Shown: in pieces, positions 51,403 through 61,574 of the stretch
Layout of the letters: each line of letters starts with the position of its first letter
Position numbering within the stretch: position 1 is the first letter of the stretch
Assembly: GCA_964460485.1 (NCBI GenBank)
Contig: CAYWRY010000003.1
Coordinates: forward strand, 1 to 63,882
DNA: 63,882 nt
Direction: 5' to 3'
Origin: an uncultured Spirochaetales bacterium
Lineage (GTDB): Bacteria; Myxococcota_A; UBA9160; UBA6930
Made by a program: the position numbers and the translations under genes
Notes under the pieces: model-generated
What the model saw: the letters and a program-made list of their open reading frames with translations, nothing else
Told to the model about the DNA's origin: nothing
Database searches by the model: none

Positions 51403-52413
51403 ATGGCAAAGCATCTCGCGCGGGCGTTGGCGTTCGCCGGCGTGGTCGCGTTCGCACTCGCGTGCGGCGGCGAAGCGGTTGATCCGGACCCCTCGCGCTC
51501 GCTCGCGGCCGGAGGCGCGCGCGCGAACGCGGGCGCCGCGGACGCGCAGCCGGCGCCCGCCGGCAACCGCGCGCCCGTCATCGAGAGCGTCTCGCTCTCG
51601 CCGCCGAGTCCCGTCTCAGAGGGCCGCATGGAGGCCCGCGTCCAGGCGAGCGATCCCGACGGGGGCCTCGTGCAGTTCCTGCTGACCTGGAAGCTGAACG
51701 GGCACGTGATCGAAGAGGGCGCTCGCACGGCGATCCAGCTTCCCGCGCTCGACCGCGGCGACCGCCTCGAGCTCGTGGTGCGCGCCAACGACGGCACGCT
51801 CGAGAGCGAGCCGCGCACGGTGTCGGCGCGCTTCGAGAACCGCGCGCCGACGATCACGTTCCTCTACGTGACGCCCCAGAACAAGCGCATTCGCCGCGGC
51901 GACGTGCTGACCGCCGTGCCCGAAGCCAGCGATCCCGACAACGACCATCTCGAGTACGCCTACCGCTGGCGGGTGAACGGCGTCGACGCGGGCGAAGAGC
52001 GCCAGTTCGACACGAAGGCCCTGCGCCGGGGCGACCAGGTCAGCGTGGAGGTCACGGCGAACGACGGCTCGGCCACGAGCTCGCCGCGCGCGATCGGGCC
52101 GATCGTGCTGGAGAACTCGGCGCCCGTCATCAAGCGGCTCCCCGTGCTCGAGCATCAGGGCGAGACGCTCACCTATCAGTTCGAGGCCGAAGACGCGGAG
52201 GGAGACCGCAACCTGCGGTTCTTCTTGAAGGACGCTCCCGACGGCATGGAGATCGACGCCCTCACCGGCACGCTCACTTGGCGCCCGTCGCCCGACCAGG
52301 CCGGCAAGCACCTCGTCAAGGTCGGCGTCAAGGACAGCGAGGGCGACGCATCGCTGTTCGAGTGGGAAGTGTCCGTGAACGCCGCGACTCCGCCGGCCGC
52401 GCGCGCGGAGTAG
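51403..52413 (+). CDS. Lipoprotein with tandem Ig-like/cadherin-like repeats
   Basis: Lipobox FALAC; three repeats starting NRAPVIES / NRAPTITF / NSAPVIKR with A.DPD.D..Y.W motifs; last repeat PDGMEIDALTGTLTWRP (putative Ig type). Confidence 0.8.
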   Translation: MAKHLARALAFAGVVAFALACGGEAVDPDPSRSLAAGGARANAGAADAQPAPAGNRAPVIESVSLSPPSPVSEGRMEARVQASDPDGGLVQFLLTWKLNGHVIEEGARTAIQLPALDRGDRLELVVRANDGTLESEPRTVSARFENRAPTITFLYVTPQNKRIRRGDVLTAVPEASDPDNDHLEYAYRWRVNGVDAGEERQFDTKALRRGDQVSVEVTANDGSATSSPRAIGPIVLENSAPVIKRLPVLEHQGETLTYQFEAEDAEGDRNLRFFLKDAPDGMEIDALTGTLTWRPSPDQAGKHLVKVGVKDSEGDASLFEWEVSVNAATPPAARAE

Positions 52414-52423
52414 CCCGCAAGGG

Positions 52424-52454
52424 ATTGCGCGGCTGCGCAATTCAGTGCGCAGCC
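52424..52454. promoter_or_regulatory. Palindromic candidate enhancer (UAS), copy 2
   Basis: ATTGCGC then GGCTGCGCA-attcag-TGCGCAGCC; an inverted near-copy of the element at 48409-48438. Confidence 0.45.
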
Positions 52455-52501
52455 CGTCCATCCGAAGACGCACGCGAGCGCGTTTCGCACCGCCTCGCAC
52501 T

Positions 52502-52517
52502 GGGCATGCCGATTGCT
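52502..52517 (+). promoter_or_regulatory. sigma54 promoter upstream of pilY1
   Basis: GGGCATG-CCGA-TTGCT; exact spacing, 39 nt before ATG 52557. Confidence 0.75.
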
Positions 52518-52556
52518 CACTAGGGTGGCGGCTCGACTCGCCAGGAGGCAAGCATC

Positions 52557-55500
52557 ATGGCCCGCAAACTCGCCCGCTGGACCTGCGCGTTCCTGTGCGC
52601 CGGCATTCTCGCCGCGCCTTCGCTCTCGCAGACGGTGAACGACACCGCACTCTTCACTGCGGTGGTCCCGCCCAACGTGATGCTGCTGGTCGACAACTCG
52701 GGCTCGATGAACAGTGTCGTCTGGTATCCAGGCTACGACCCCACGGCGCCGAACGGCTGCAACTTCTTCAACAACAACGCCGACTACTTCGTCGATGACG
52801 CCGACGGCGACACCTCGCTCAGCGGCGCCAGTGATACGCAGTTCCGCTCGGGCAGCTACACGATTTCCGGAGGGTCGGGCTGTGTGACCAGCGCGCGTGA
52901 GATCTTCGACGATCCGGCGCTCAAGGTGGGCGACTACACGCGCTGGAGCGGTCATTACCTCAACTGGTACTACAGCACGGCCAATGCGGCGTTCGTTCCG
53001 AACATCGTCGCGACTTCGAACGGGACTCTGTCTGCATGCCTCGGGGGCGGGACCTACTCGCGGTATCGCCGCGCCCGCGTGACGGCGGCGAAGACGGTGC
53101 TGCGCGAGGTGATCTGCCAGGTCAACGCCGCGGGCGCGGTTCGCTTCGGCCTCGCGCAATTCCGGCGCGTCGGTTCGGGGAGCGACCCGAACGGTGGGTT
53201 CGTAGCGGTGCCGATCAACGACTACCTGGTCGGCGGTGTACCCAACTCCTACTCGCTGAACGGAACGACCCGCACGCACGGCCAGCATCTCGACTACGTC
53301 ATCGCCGACCTCACCGGTGAGACTTGGACGCCGCTCGCAGAGTCGCTCTTTCAGATCTACACGTACTTTCATGGGCGCGGTACGACCCAGCGCCCGGCTC
53401 CGGCAGTCTCGGGCACGTTCCCGAAGTATTCCTACGACACGTCGCTCAGCACGAGCTCGACCGCCGTCGGCGGCCTCTACAGCACCGCGAGTGCCCCCAC
53501 CGTGCCCGACAGTCCCGTCCAGTGGGACTGTCAGAAGAACTTCGTCGTGATCATCACGGACGGCGAGTCCACTCAAGACAACTTTCTTTCCATCACTCCG
53601 ACGGACACTGCTCTCGGCTTCGCCAACTTCCTGACGCTGATCGGCGACTACAACGTCGACGGTGAGGTCGAGACCGGACAGCCGAGCAACGGGACCCTCT
53701 ACCTCGACGACATCGCGAAGTTCATGCACGAGGTCGATTTTCGGCCGGACCTCGCCAATCCAAACGGCGTTGCCCAGACGATCGACGTCTACACCGTCGG
53801 GTTTACGACCAGTCCCGTCGCGAATGCGGCGCTCGCAAAGACCGCGGCGGTGGGCGGTGGCCAGTTCTACACGAGCAACGACCCGGATCAGCTCGCGAAC
53901 GACATCGTGTCCGCCGTCAGCGACATCGTGCGCAAGTCGCAGTCGTTCACCGCGGCGACGGTGCCAGCGGCGCGCACCTCCTCGGGCGGCATGTTCTACA
54001 CCAGCCGCTTCGTGCCCTCGAACCAGGACGGCTTCTGGGAGGGCCACCTCGAGGCCTGGAAGATCGACGTCCAGGGTCACATCCTCGACAGCAGCGGCGC
54101 CTGCGCGCTGAACGACCCCGAGGCCCCGGCCGAGTGCTCCGCCGGCTCGTTCAAGTCCTCGGCGATTCCCTACTGGGACGCGGGCAACCAGCTGCGCCTC
54201 ACCAGCGAGGCCAGCCGCAAGCTGTGGACCAGCCTCGTCGACCCGACGCTCTTGAAGAGCGAGAAGGTCGAGTGGTTCCGCCCGAACCTGGTGCCGGGAG
54301 ACCTCGCGATCACCGCGGCGGATCTCGGCACTTACAACTACGGGCCGCACGCGCCGGCCACGACCGTGGACGAGCTGCGCGACGACATCGTCGCGGTGGT
54401 GCGCGGCTGCGAGCTCGGCACCGAGTTCGCGACCTGCGTCGACCGGCCGTGGAAGCTCGGCGACCTGTTCCACTCGGATCCGGTCGTCGTGCCCGGGCCG
54501 CCGTCGCCGCTCGCCGGCGCCGGCAACCCGCAGTACCGGATCAACTTCAAGACGCGTCCCCGCCGCATCCTGGTGGGCTCGAACGACGGCTTCCTGCACG
54601 CCTTCGACGCCGGCACCTGGGACACCTCGGCGGTGCCGCCGGCCTACACCACGGGCTCGGGCAACGAGGTGTTCGGCTTCATGCCGTACACCGCGCGCAC
54701 GAAGGTGAAGGAGCTCCCGCGCGACTCGGGCGTGCGCGACTTCTACTTCACCGACGGCTCGCCGCGCGTGTCCGACGCGTGGTTCTACACGAGCCCGACC
54801 GTCAACACGCAGCTCACCGACGGCTCGGAGTGGCGCACGGTGCTGGTGTCCGGCATGCGCCAGGGCGGCAAACAGCTCTTCGCCCTCGACATCACCAACC
54901 CGCTCGCCACGAGCACCACTACTTGCCCGAACTCCCGCAGCCCCTCGGACACCGGGTACCCCTGTTATCTGTGGGAGTTCCCGCGCGAGAACGCCTCGGC
55001 GGGAGAGAAGGCGATCATGGGCGAGACCTGGTCGGAGCCCATCGTCACCAAGATCAAGGTGCGCGTGAACTCCAACGACAACGCCGGCGCGGGCTTCGAG
55101 CGCTGGGTGGCGATCTTCGGCGGCGGCTACGACCCGTCCAGCAACCCGAACGACAAGGCGAGCTACAGCGCCCTGTCGCTCGCCGGGCGCGCGCTGTTCG
55201 TGGTCGACCTCCAGACCGGCGAGGTGATCGCCAAGAAGGAGTTCGACGCCTCGGGCACCGCGAGCGCGGCGACCGATCCGTCCACGGTCGCCTACGACGC
55301 GTCGAATCCCGAGCGCAGCATGCACTACGCGTTCGCGGCGACGCCGGCCGTCTACGACCTCGACTTCGACGGCTACGCAGACGTCGTGTACGCGGCGGAT
55401 CTGGGCGGCCAGATTTGGAAGTGGGTGATCGAGGACATCGCCCACGACTCCGTGAACAGCTCGACGAGGGACTACGACCAGAACTCGAACTGGGACTTCA

Positions 55501-56246
55501 GCCTCTTCTTCAAGGCGCCCACGTACTACAACGCGCTCACGCTGCAGCGCTGGTGGAAGAGCTTCTTCTACCCGCCCACGGCAGTCCTGAAGAACAACAA
55601 GCTGTGGGTGGCGATCGGCTCGGGCGAGCGGGCGAACCTCGGCTGGACGAGCAGCAGCGCGACCACGCTCGACAACAACCGCTTCTACTCGGTGCTCGAC
55701 AACGATCCGCTGAACGCCTCGAGCATCGCGGCGCCGCTGGTGGAGACGGACCTCGCGGACATCACGTCACTGACGGGCTGCCCGGTGATCTCTCCGTCGA
55801 AGGGCTTCTTCTTCGTCACGGCCGAGGGCGAGAAGTTCGTCACGCCGCCGGAGACGTTCAACTACTTCGTGCTCACGGCCTCCTACATCCCGACCGGCGC
55901 CGCGACGCCGTGCACGTCCGGCGGCGACGCGAGGATCTACGGCTTCAAGATCACCTGCGGCGAGGGCCTGTTCACCGGCCCCTCGGCGTTGGCCTCCGCC
56001 AACGACCGCAGCGTCGACATCGGGTCGGGCCTGCCGACCTCGCCGCAGATCACGATCACGACGGACCCGAACGGCCAGAGCTCGATCGTGGTGAACAACC
56101 AGAACGGCGACCTGATCGACCCGAGCCGACCGCAGTGCACGACGGCCCCGTGTCCGCCGGCCTGCAATCCGGCCACGGACCCGAACTGCGTACCGGGCGG
56201 CGGCGCGAAGGGCGGGACGCTCTACTGGCGAGAGATCTCGAACTGA
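52557..56246 (+). CDS. pilY1: PilY1 pilus-tip adhesin (vWA-like N-domain and beta-propeller)
   Basis: Signal peptide; PPNVMLLVDNSGSM (MIDAS DxSxS), TPLAESL, CQKNFVVIITDG; LGDLFHSDPVVV, GSNDGFLHAFD, DGSP, MGETWSEP, DLDFDGYADVVYAADLGG (Ca-binding), IGSG. Confidence 0.92.
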   Translation: MARKLARWTCAFLCAGILAAPSLSQTVNDTALFTAVVPPNVMLLVDNSGSMNSVVWYPGYDPTAPNGCNFFNNNADYFVDDADGDTSLSGASDTQFRSGSYTISGGSGCVTSAREIFDDPALKVGDYTRWSGHYLNWYYSTANAAFVPNIVATSNGTLSACLGGGTYSRYRRARVTAAKTVLREVICQVNAAGAVRFGLAQFRRVGSGSDPNGGFVAVPINDYLVGGVPNSYSLNGTTRTHGQHLDYVIADLTGETWTPLAESLFQIYTYFHGRGTTQRPAPAVSGTFPKYSYDTSLSTSSTAVGGLYSTASAPTVPDSPVQWDCQKNFVVIITDGESTQDNFLSITPTDTALGFANFLTLIGDYNVDGEVETGQPSNGTLYLDDIAKFMHEVDFRPDLANPNGVAQTIDVYTVGFTTSPVANAALAKTAAVGGGQFYTSNDPDQLANDIVSAVSDIVRKSQSFTAATVPAARTSSGGMFYTSRFVPSNQDGFWEGHLEAWKIDVQGHILDSSGACALNDPEAPAECSAGSFKSSAIPYWDAGNQLRLTSEASRKLWTSLVDPTLLKSEKVEWFRPNLVPGDLAITAADLGTYNYGPHAPATTVDELRDDIVAVVRGCELGTEFATCVDRPWKLGDLFHSDPVVVPGPPSPLAGAGNPQYRINFKTRPRRILVGSNDGFLHAFDAGTWDTSAVPPAYTTGSGNEVFGFMPYTARTKVKELPRDSGVRDFYFTDGSPRVSDAWFYTSPTVNTQLTDGSEWRTVLVSGMRQGGKQLFALDITNPLATSTTTCPNSRSPSDTGYPCYLWEFPRENASAGEKAIMGETWSEPIVTKIKVRVNSNDNAGAGFERWVAIFGGGYDPSSNPNDKASYSALSLAGRALFVVDLQTGEVIAKKEFDASGTASAATDPSTVAYDASNPERSMHYAFAATPAVYDLDFDGYADVVYAADLGGQIWKWVIEDIAHDSVNSSTRDYDQNSNWDFSLFFKAPTYYNALTLQRWWKSFFYPPTAVLKNNKLWVAIGSGERANLGWTSSSATTLDNNRFYSVLDNDPLNASSIAAPLVETDLADITSLTGCPVISPSKGFFFVTAEGEKFVTPPETFNYFVLTASYIPTGAATPCTSGGDARIYGFKITCGEGLFTGPSALASANDRSVDIGSGLPTSPQITITTDPNGQSSIVVNNQNGDLIDPSRPQCTTAPCPPACNPATDPNCVPGGGAKGGTLYWREISN

Positions 56247-56289
56247 GAGCGACTGCGCGAGAAGGCGCGGCCACGTAGTCGGCGCGCGC

Positions 56290-56322
56290 ACGGCCCCGCA
56301 GGTCATCGGCCTGCGGGGCCGT
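56290..56322 (+). terminator. 13-bp GC hairpin downstream of pilY1
   Basis: ACGGCCCCGCAGG-tcatcgg-CCTGCGGGGCCGT; only a weak U-tract follows. Confidence 0.5.
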
Positions 56323-56379
56323 TGCACTTCAGTTGCCGCGAAGTGAGTGCAGAGCGCTCCGTGACGTAGGTGAAACGAC

Positions 56380-56407
56380 TCAAGGGTTCACCCGCCGAGG
56401 CCGACAA
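56380..56407 (+). promoter_or_regulatory. sigma28-type promoter upstream of the PEP-CTERM-like gene
   Basis: TCAAG-N15-GCCGACAA, 35 nt before ATG 56443. Confidence 0.7.
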
Positions 56408-56442
56408 GTGATCGCGGGCACGGAGCCCGCACTGGTCAGGAG

Positions 56443-57351
56443 ATGGCCGCCATGAAGAGTCTCACCCCCCTGCGCGCCCTCGCGGCCGCCGCACTGCTCG
56501 GCGCGGCGACCTCGGCATCGGCGCTCAACATGAGCTACGGCGACGTCGCGGTGCAGAATCTCGGTAGCTTCGGCTTCACGGCGACCAACAGTCAGTTCAT
56601 GACGGACTGGAACGGCGCCACCGGCACTGACCAGCTCTATCAGATGTACGCCTACATCGGCACCGCGAGCGGCATGACGGCGGTGAACTCCGCCTCCTTT
56701 CGCACGGGCTGCAACGCCGGCATCTGCGGCAGCGCGATCGCGCAGACCGGCGCCAACACGGCGCAGTCGCGCATCGTGCTCAACCAGAACGTGGGCAGCG
56801 GCGCGACGCAACTGGCGCGCAACGCGCTCACGCTCACCTACGACTTCACGTTGGTGGACGACACGTCTGCCGCAGACGCCGACTACTTCGCCTGGGACAT
56901 CAGCTTCACGAACAACACCACGAGTACGCTCAGCTTCGTCTTCTACACGTACCTCGACCTCGACCTGGCAGGTACGCCTGGCAACGACCTGGTTACGGTG
57001 ACGAGCGGCAACCAGGGGATCGTGGTCTCGGACTCCGTCAACACGACCGCGCGGCCCTTCGGCTGGACCGCGCTCAACGGCGCGTCGACGAACTATCAGG
57101 TGGGCGCGTATCCCGGCCTGCAGAACACGCTCAACGGCATGACGAGCGCGCAGAACCTCTCGAACACGAACACGCTCGCGAGCACGCCGGGTGACGTGAC
57201 GGCCGCGTTCCAGTATTCGATCACGCTGCTGCCCGGACAGACGCTCGTCATGCAGTCCGCGGTCGCGGAGCCGCAGACCGCGGCGATGCTGGCGCTCGGC
57301 CTCGGCGGCCTCGCGTTCTACTCGCGGCCGCGCCGCCGCGCGCGCAGCTGA
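56443..57351 (+). CDS. Secreted Ser/Thr/Asn-rich protein with a PEP-CTERM-like sorting signal
   Basis: Signal peptide ...AALLGAATSASA; C-terminus VAEPQTAAMLALGLGGLAFYSRPRRRARS (xEP motif, TM helix, basic tail). Confidence 0.8.
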   Translation: MAAMKSLTPLRALAAAALLGAATSASALNMSYGDVAVQNLGSFGFTATNSQFMTDWNGATGTDQLYQMYAYIGTASGMTAVNSASFRTGCNAGICGSAIAQTGANTAQSRIVLNQNVGSGATQLARNALTLTYDFTLVDDTSAADADYFAWDISFTNNTTSTLSFVFYTYLDLDLAGTPGNDLVTVTSGNQGIVVSDSVNTTARPFGWTALNGASTNYQVGAYPGLQNTLNGMTSAQNLSNTNTLASTPGDVTAAFQYSITLLPGQTLVMQSAVAEPQTAAMLALGLGGLAFYSRPRRRARS

Positions 57352-57387
57352 ATGAGCCGCCTCGCGCGCTGTCGCGCCGCAGCGGCC

Positions 57388-58755
<1,368 letters not shown>

Positions 58756-58774
58756 CGCCCCCCTCCGCGAGGCC

Positions 58775-58803
58775 CTATCGGCCGCCGCGGGGTCCCGCCT
58801 TGA
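58775..58803 (-). promoter_or_regulatory. sigma28-type promoter upstream of the PilR2-like gene
   Basis: Minus strand TCAAG-N16-GCCGATAG, 19 nt before GTG 58755. Confidence 0.7.
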
Positions 58804-58875
58804 CTCGCAGCCCCCGCGAAACGCCGCCGCAAGTGGCGTGTGATCTGCCGCACCTCGCGAATGCCGCTGCCTGCC

Positions 58876-58903
58876 TCAAGTCCGCGGAAGCGAAGGCCGA
58901 AAG
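58876..58903 (+). promoter_or_regulatory. sigma28-type promoter upstream of HTH-pilMNOPQ
   Basis: TCAAG-N15-GCCGAAAG, 50 nt before GTG 58954. Confidence 0.7.
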
Positions 58904-58953
58904 GTGTCGCGATCACAGCGGGGTGCCCGCGGTGACCTCCGGCGGAGGGGATC

Positions 58954-59208
58954 GTGCCGAGGAACAACGTACAGCGCTTTCGCGAGGCGCTGATGATGAG
59001 CAAGGCGGAGCTCGCTCGGAAGGCGGGGCTCTCGACGCTCACGGTGGACCGCATCGAGGCCGGACGGCCGTGCCGCCTCGACACGAAGCGGAAGGTGCTG
59101 GCTGCGCTCGGTCTCAAGGTGTCCGATCGCGAGAGGGTGTTCGAGGCCGGCGAGGGCGCATTCGCCCCGCTGGCCCTCGTTCCGAGCGACCGCGCCGAGC
59201 GGTCCTAG
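58954..59208 (+). CDS. Small XRE-family HTH protein heading the pilM operon
   Basis: REALMMSKAELARKAGLSTLTVDRIEAG...TKRKVL.ALG; 9 nt upstream of pilM. Confidence 0.8.
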   Translation: MPRNNVQRFREALMMSKAELARKAGLSTLTVDRIEAGRPCRLDTKRKVLAALGLKVSDRERVFEAGEGAFAPLALVPSDRAERS

Positions 59209-59217
59209 GAGGGACGC

Positions 59218-60285
59218 GTGCTGTTCTCGTTCGGAAAATCGAAGTCGATCGTCGGGCTCGACATCGGCGGCTCGTCGGTGAAGGCCGTCGAGTGCGCGGT
59301 GAAGAGCAAGGGCATCGAGCTGGTGAAGGTCGGCGTCGCCAAGCTGCCGCCCGAGGCCATCGTGCAGGGCGCCTTCCTCAACTCGGGCGCGGTGGTGAGC
59401 GCCATCCAGGAGGCGGTGGCGAGCGCGGGCATCAAGTCGAAGCACGTCGCGACCGCCGTCTCGGGCCACTCGGTGATCGTGAAGAAGATCAGCCTGCCCG
59501 CGATGTCGCGGCAGGAGCTCGACGAGTCGATTCGCTGGGAGGCCGAGCAGTACATCCCCTTCGACATCAACGAGGTGAACCTCGACTTCCAGATCGTCGA
59601 GGGCAGCGAGGCCGAAGGGCAGATGGACGTGCTGCTCGTGGCCGCGAAGAAGGATCTGATCGACGACTACACCCAGGTGATCGCGGACGCCGGCCTCACG
59701 CCCGCGGTGATCGACGTCGCGGCGTTCGCGGTGGAGAACGCGTTCCACGCGAACTACGAGAGCTCGCCCGACGACGTGGTCGCGCTGGTCAACATCGGGT
59801 CGCAGGTCGTCAACATCAACATCGTGTCGCACGGCGCGCCGGCCTTCACGCGCGACATCTCGACCGGCGGCAACGCCTACACGGAGGAGATCCAGAAGGC
59901 GCTCTCGGTGAGTTGGGAAGAGGCCGAGCGCATGAAGATCGGCGGCTCCCGCCACGAGGAGAGCCAGGACGTCGTCCCCCAGGAGGTGGAGGACTCGATC
60001 CGCCAGGTCACCGACACGGTGCTCGGCGAAATCAGCCGCTCGCTCGACTTCTTCGCGGCGACAGCGGCCGAGAGCCGCATCAGCCGCGTCTACCTGTCGG
60101 GCGGCGGCGCTCAGGTCTCCGGGCTCGAGAGCGCGTTCCAGGGCAAGACCAACCTGCCGGTGGAGCGCCTCAACCCGCTCGCACGGATCGTGCCGGGCGG
60201 TGACCTCGACGCCCGAATGCTCGAGGACATGGGGCCGGCGCTCGCCGTCGCCACCGGTCTCGCGCTGCGAAGGATGAACGACTGA
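59218..60285 (+). CDS. pilM: Type IV pilus assembly protein PilM
   Basis: VGLDIGGSSVK, AVSGHSVIVKKI, WEAEQYIPF, LLVAAKK, FTRDISTGG, LSGGGA, ATGLALR. Confidence 0.95.
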   Translation: MLFSFGKSKSIVGLDIGGSSVKAVECAVKSKGIELVKVGVAKLPPEAIVQGAFLNSGAVVSAIQEAVASAGIKSKHVATAVSGHSVIVKKISLPAMSRQELDESIRWEAEQYIPFDINEVNLDFQIVEGSEAEGQMDVLLVAAKKDLIDDYTQVIADAGLTPAVIDVAAFAVENAFHANYESSPDDVVALVNIGSQVVNINIVSHGAPAFTRDISTGGNAYTEEIQKALSVSWEEAERMKIGGSRHEESQDVVPQEVEDSIRQVTDTVLGEISRSLDFFAATAAESRISRVYLSGGGAQVSGLESAFQGKTNLPVERLNPLARIVPGGDLDARMLEDMGPALAVATGLALRRMND

Positions 60286-60899
60286 TGATCACCATCAATC
60301 TACTCCCGGTTCGCGAGGAGCGGCGCAAGGCGTCTGCGCGCCAGTTCCTGCTGCTGCTCGGCGCCGCCGTTGCCGCCTCGATCGCGCTCTCCGCGGCGCA
60401 TCACTGGTGGTACCGGAGCGAGGTGTCGGAAGCGAAGCAGGCCGCGTCGCGCATCCAGTCCGAGATCGACGGCTTCGCGCCGCAGCTCGCGCAGGTCGAA
60501 AAGTTCCGCGCGGCGAAGGCGGACATCGAGAAGAAGCTCGCGGTGATCGACGACCTGTCGGTCGCGCGCAGCGGGCCGGTGCGGCTGTTCGACGAGATCG
60601 CCACGCACCTGCCCGAGCGCATGTGGCTGACGAAGATGACCGTCGAGGGTCAGAACCTGAACATCGAGGGCGTCAGCCTCGACAACGAGTTGGTCGCACT
60701 GTTCCTGACCGCGATGAACGCGTCGCCCTTCTTCGAAAACGTCGAGCTGCTGGAGACGAAGGCGAGCGACGTCGAGGGCTACAAGCTCAACGCGTTCGAG
60801 ATGTCCGCGACGCTCGAGGGCAACGCGAACGCGCAGGGCGAGAACCCGAACCCGCAGAGCCCGGCCGGCGCCGGCGCGCCTGCCGTCGCGGCGCGGTAG
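60285..60899 (+). CDS. pilN: Type IV pilus assembly protein PilN
   Basis: MITINLLP motif, TM helix, coiled coil, LPERMWLTKM. Confidence 0.92.
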   Translation: MITINLLPVREERRKASARQFLLLLGAAVAASIALSAAHHWWYRSEVSEAKQAASRIQSEIDGFAPQLAQVEKFRAAKADIEKKLAVIDDLSVARSGPVRLFDEIATHLPERMWLTKMTVEGQNLNIEGVSLDNELVALFLTAMNASPFFENVELLETKASDVEGYKLNAFEMSATLEGNANAQGENPNPQSPAGAGAPAVAAR

Positions 60900-60908
60900 G
60901 AGGCGGCC

Positions 60909-61574
60909 ATGGAGCTCGGTCTCGAGAAGTATCAGGCGCAGCTCGACAAGCTCGGGAAGCTGCCGCGCGGCGTGCGCATGGGCCTCGCGCCCGCGCTGTG
61001 CGCGATCGTGTTCGGCCTCTACGGGTATCTCTTCTTCATGCCCGCTCGCACCGAGCGCAACGCGGCGCGCGAGCAGCAGCTGCAACTCCAGCGCCGCCTC
61101 GCCGAAGTGCGCGCGGTGGCCGGCAACGAGGCGCAGGTGAAGGAAGAGATCGCCGCCCTCGACCGCAAGCTGAAGGAGGCGTTGCGGCAGCTCCCGAACG
61201 ACAAGGAGCTGCCCGGCCTGCTCACGGACGTGTCGAGCCTCGGCAAGAACGCGGGACTCGACTTCAAGTCGTTCAAGCCCGGCGAAGAGATCCGGAAGGA
61301 ATTCTACGCCGAGGTCCCGATTCAGCTCGAGTTCACCGGCCAGTACCACGACATCGCGCGTTTCTTCGACGACATCTCGCGGCTGCCGCGCATCGTGAAC
61401 ATGGGCGAGATGGAGGTCACGATCGCGCGCGAGGCCGACGACCGCACGCTGCTGAAGGTGGCGGGCCGCGCGACGACGTTCCGCTTCGTCGAGAGCGGGC
61501 CCGCCGCGGCCCAGCCGGACCCGGCCAGCGCGGCTCCGAATGCTGCTGGCAACGCGAAGGGGGGCCAGGGATGA
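60909..61574 (+). CDS. pilO: Type IV pilus assembly protein PilO
   Basis: TM helix, coiled coil, QLPNDKELPGLL, FYAEVPI, GQYHDIARF, LPRIVN. Confidence 0.92.
   Translation: MELGLEKYQAQLDKLGKLPRGVRMGLAPALCAIVFGLYGYLFFMPARTERNAAREQQLQLQRRLAEVRAVAGNEAQVKEEIAALDRKLKEALRQLPNDKELPGLLTDVSSLGKNAGLDFKSFKPGEEIRKEFYAEVPIQLEFTGQYHDIARFFDDISRLPRIVNMGEMEVTIAREADDRTLLKVAGRATTFRFVESGPAAAQPDPASAAPNAAGNAKGGQG

Noticed and set aside
56417-56431. GGCACG-GAGC-CCGCA, a possible sigma54 site before the PEP-CTERM-like gene
   Set aside because: Poor -12 box, and the implied start would fall on the RBS; the upstream sigma28-type site fits better.
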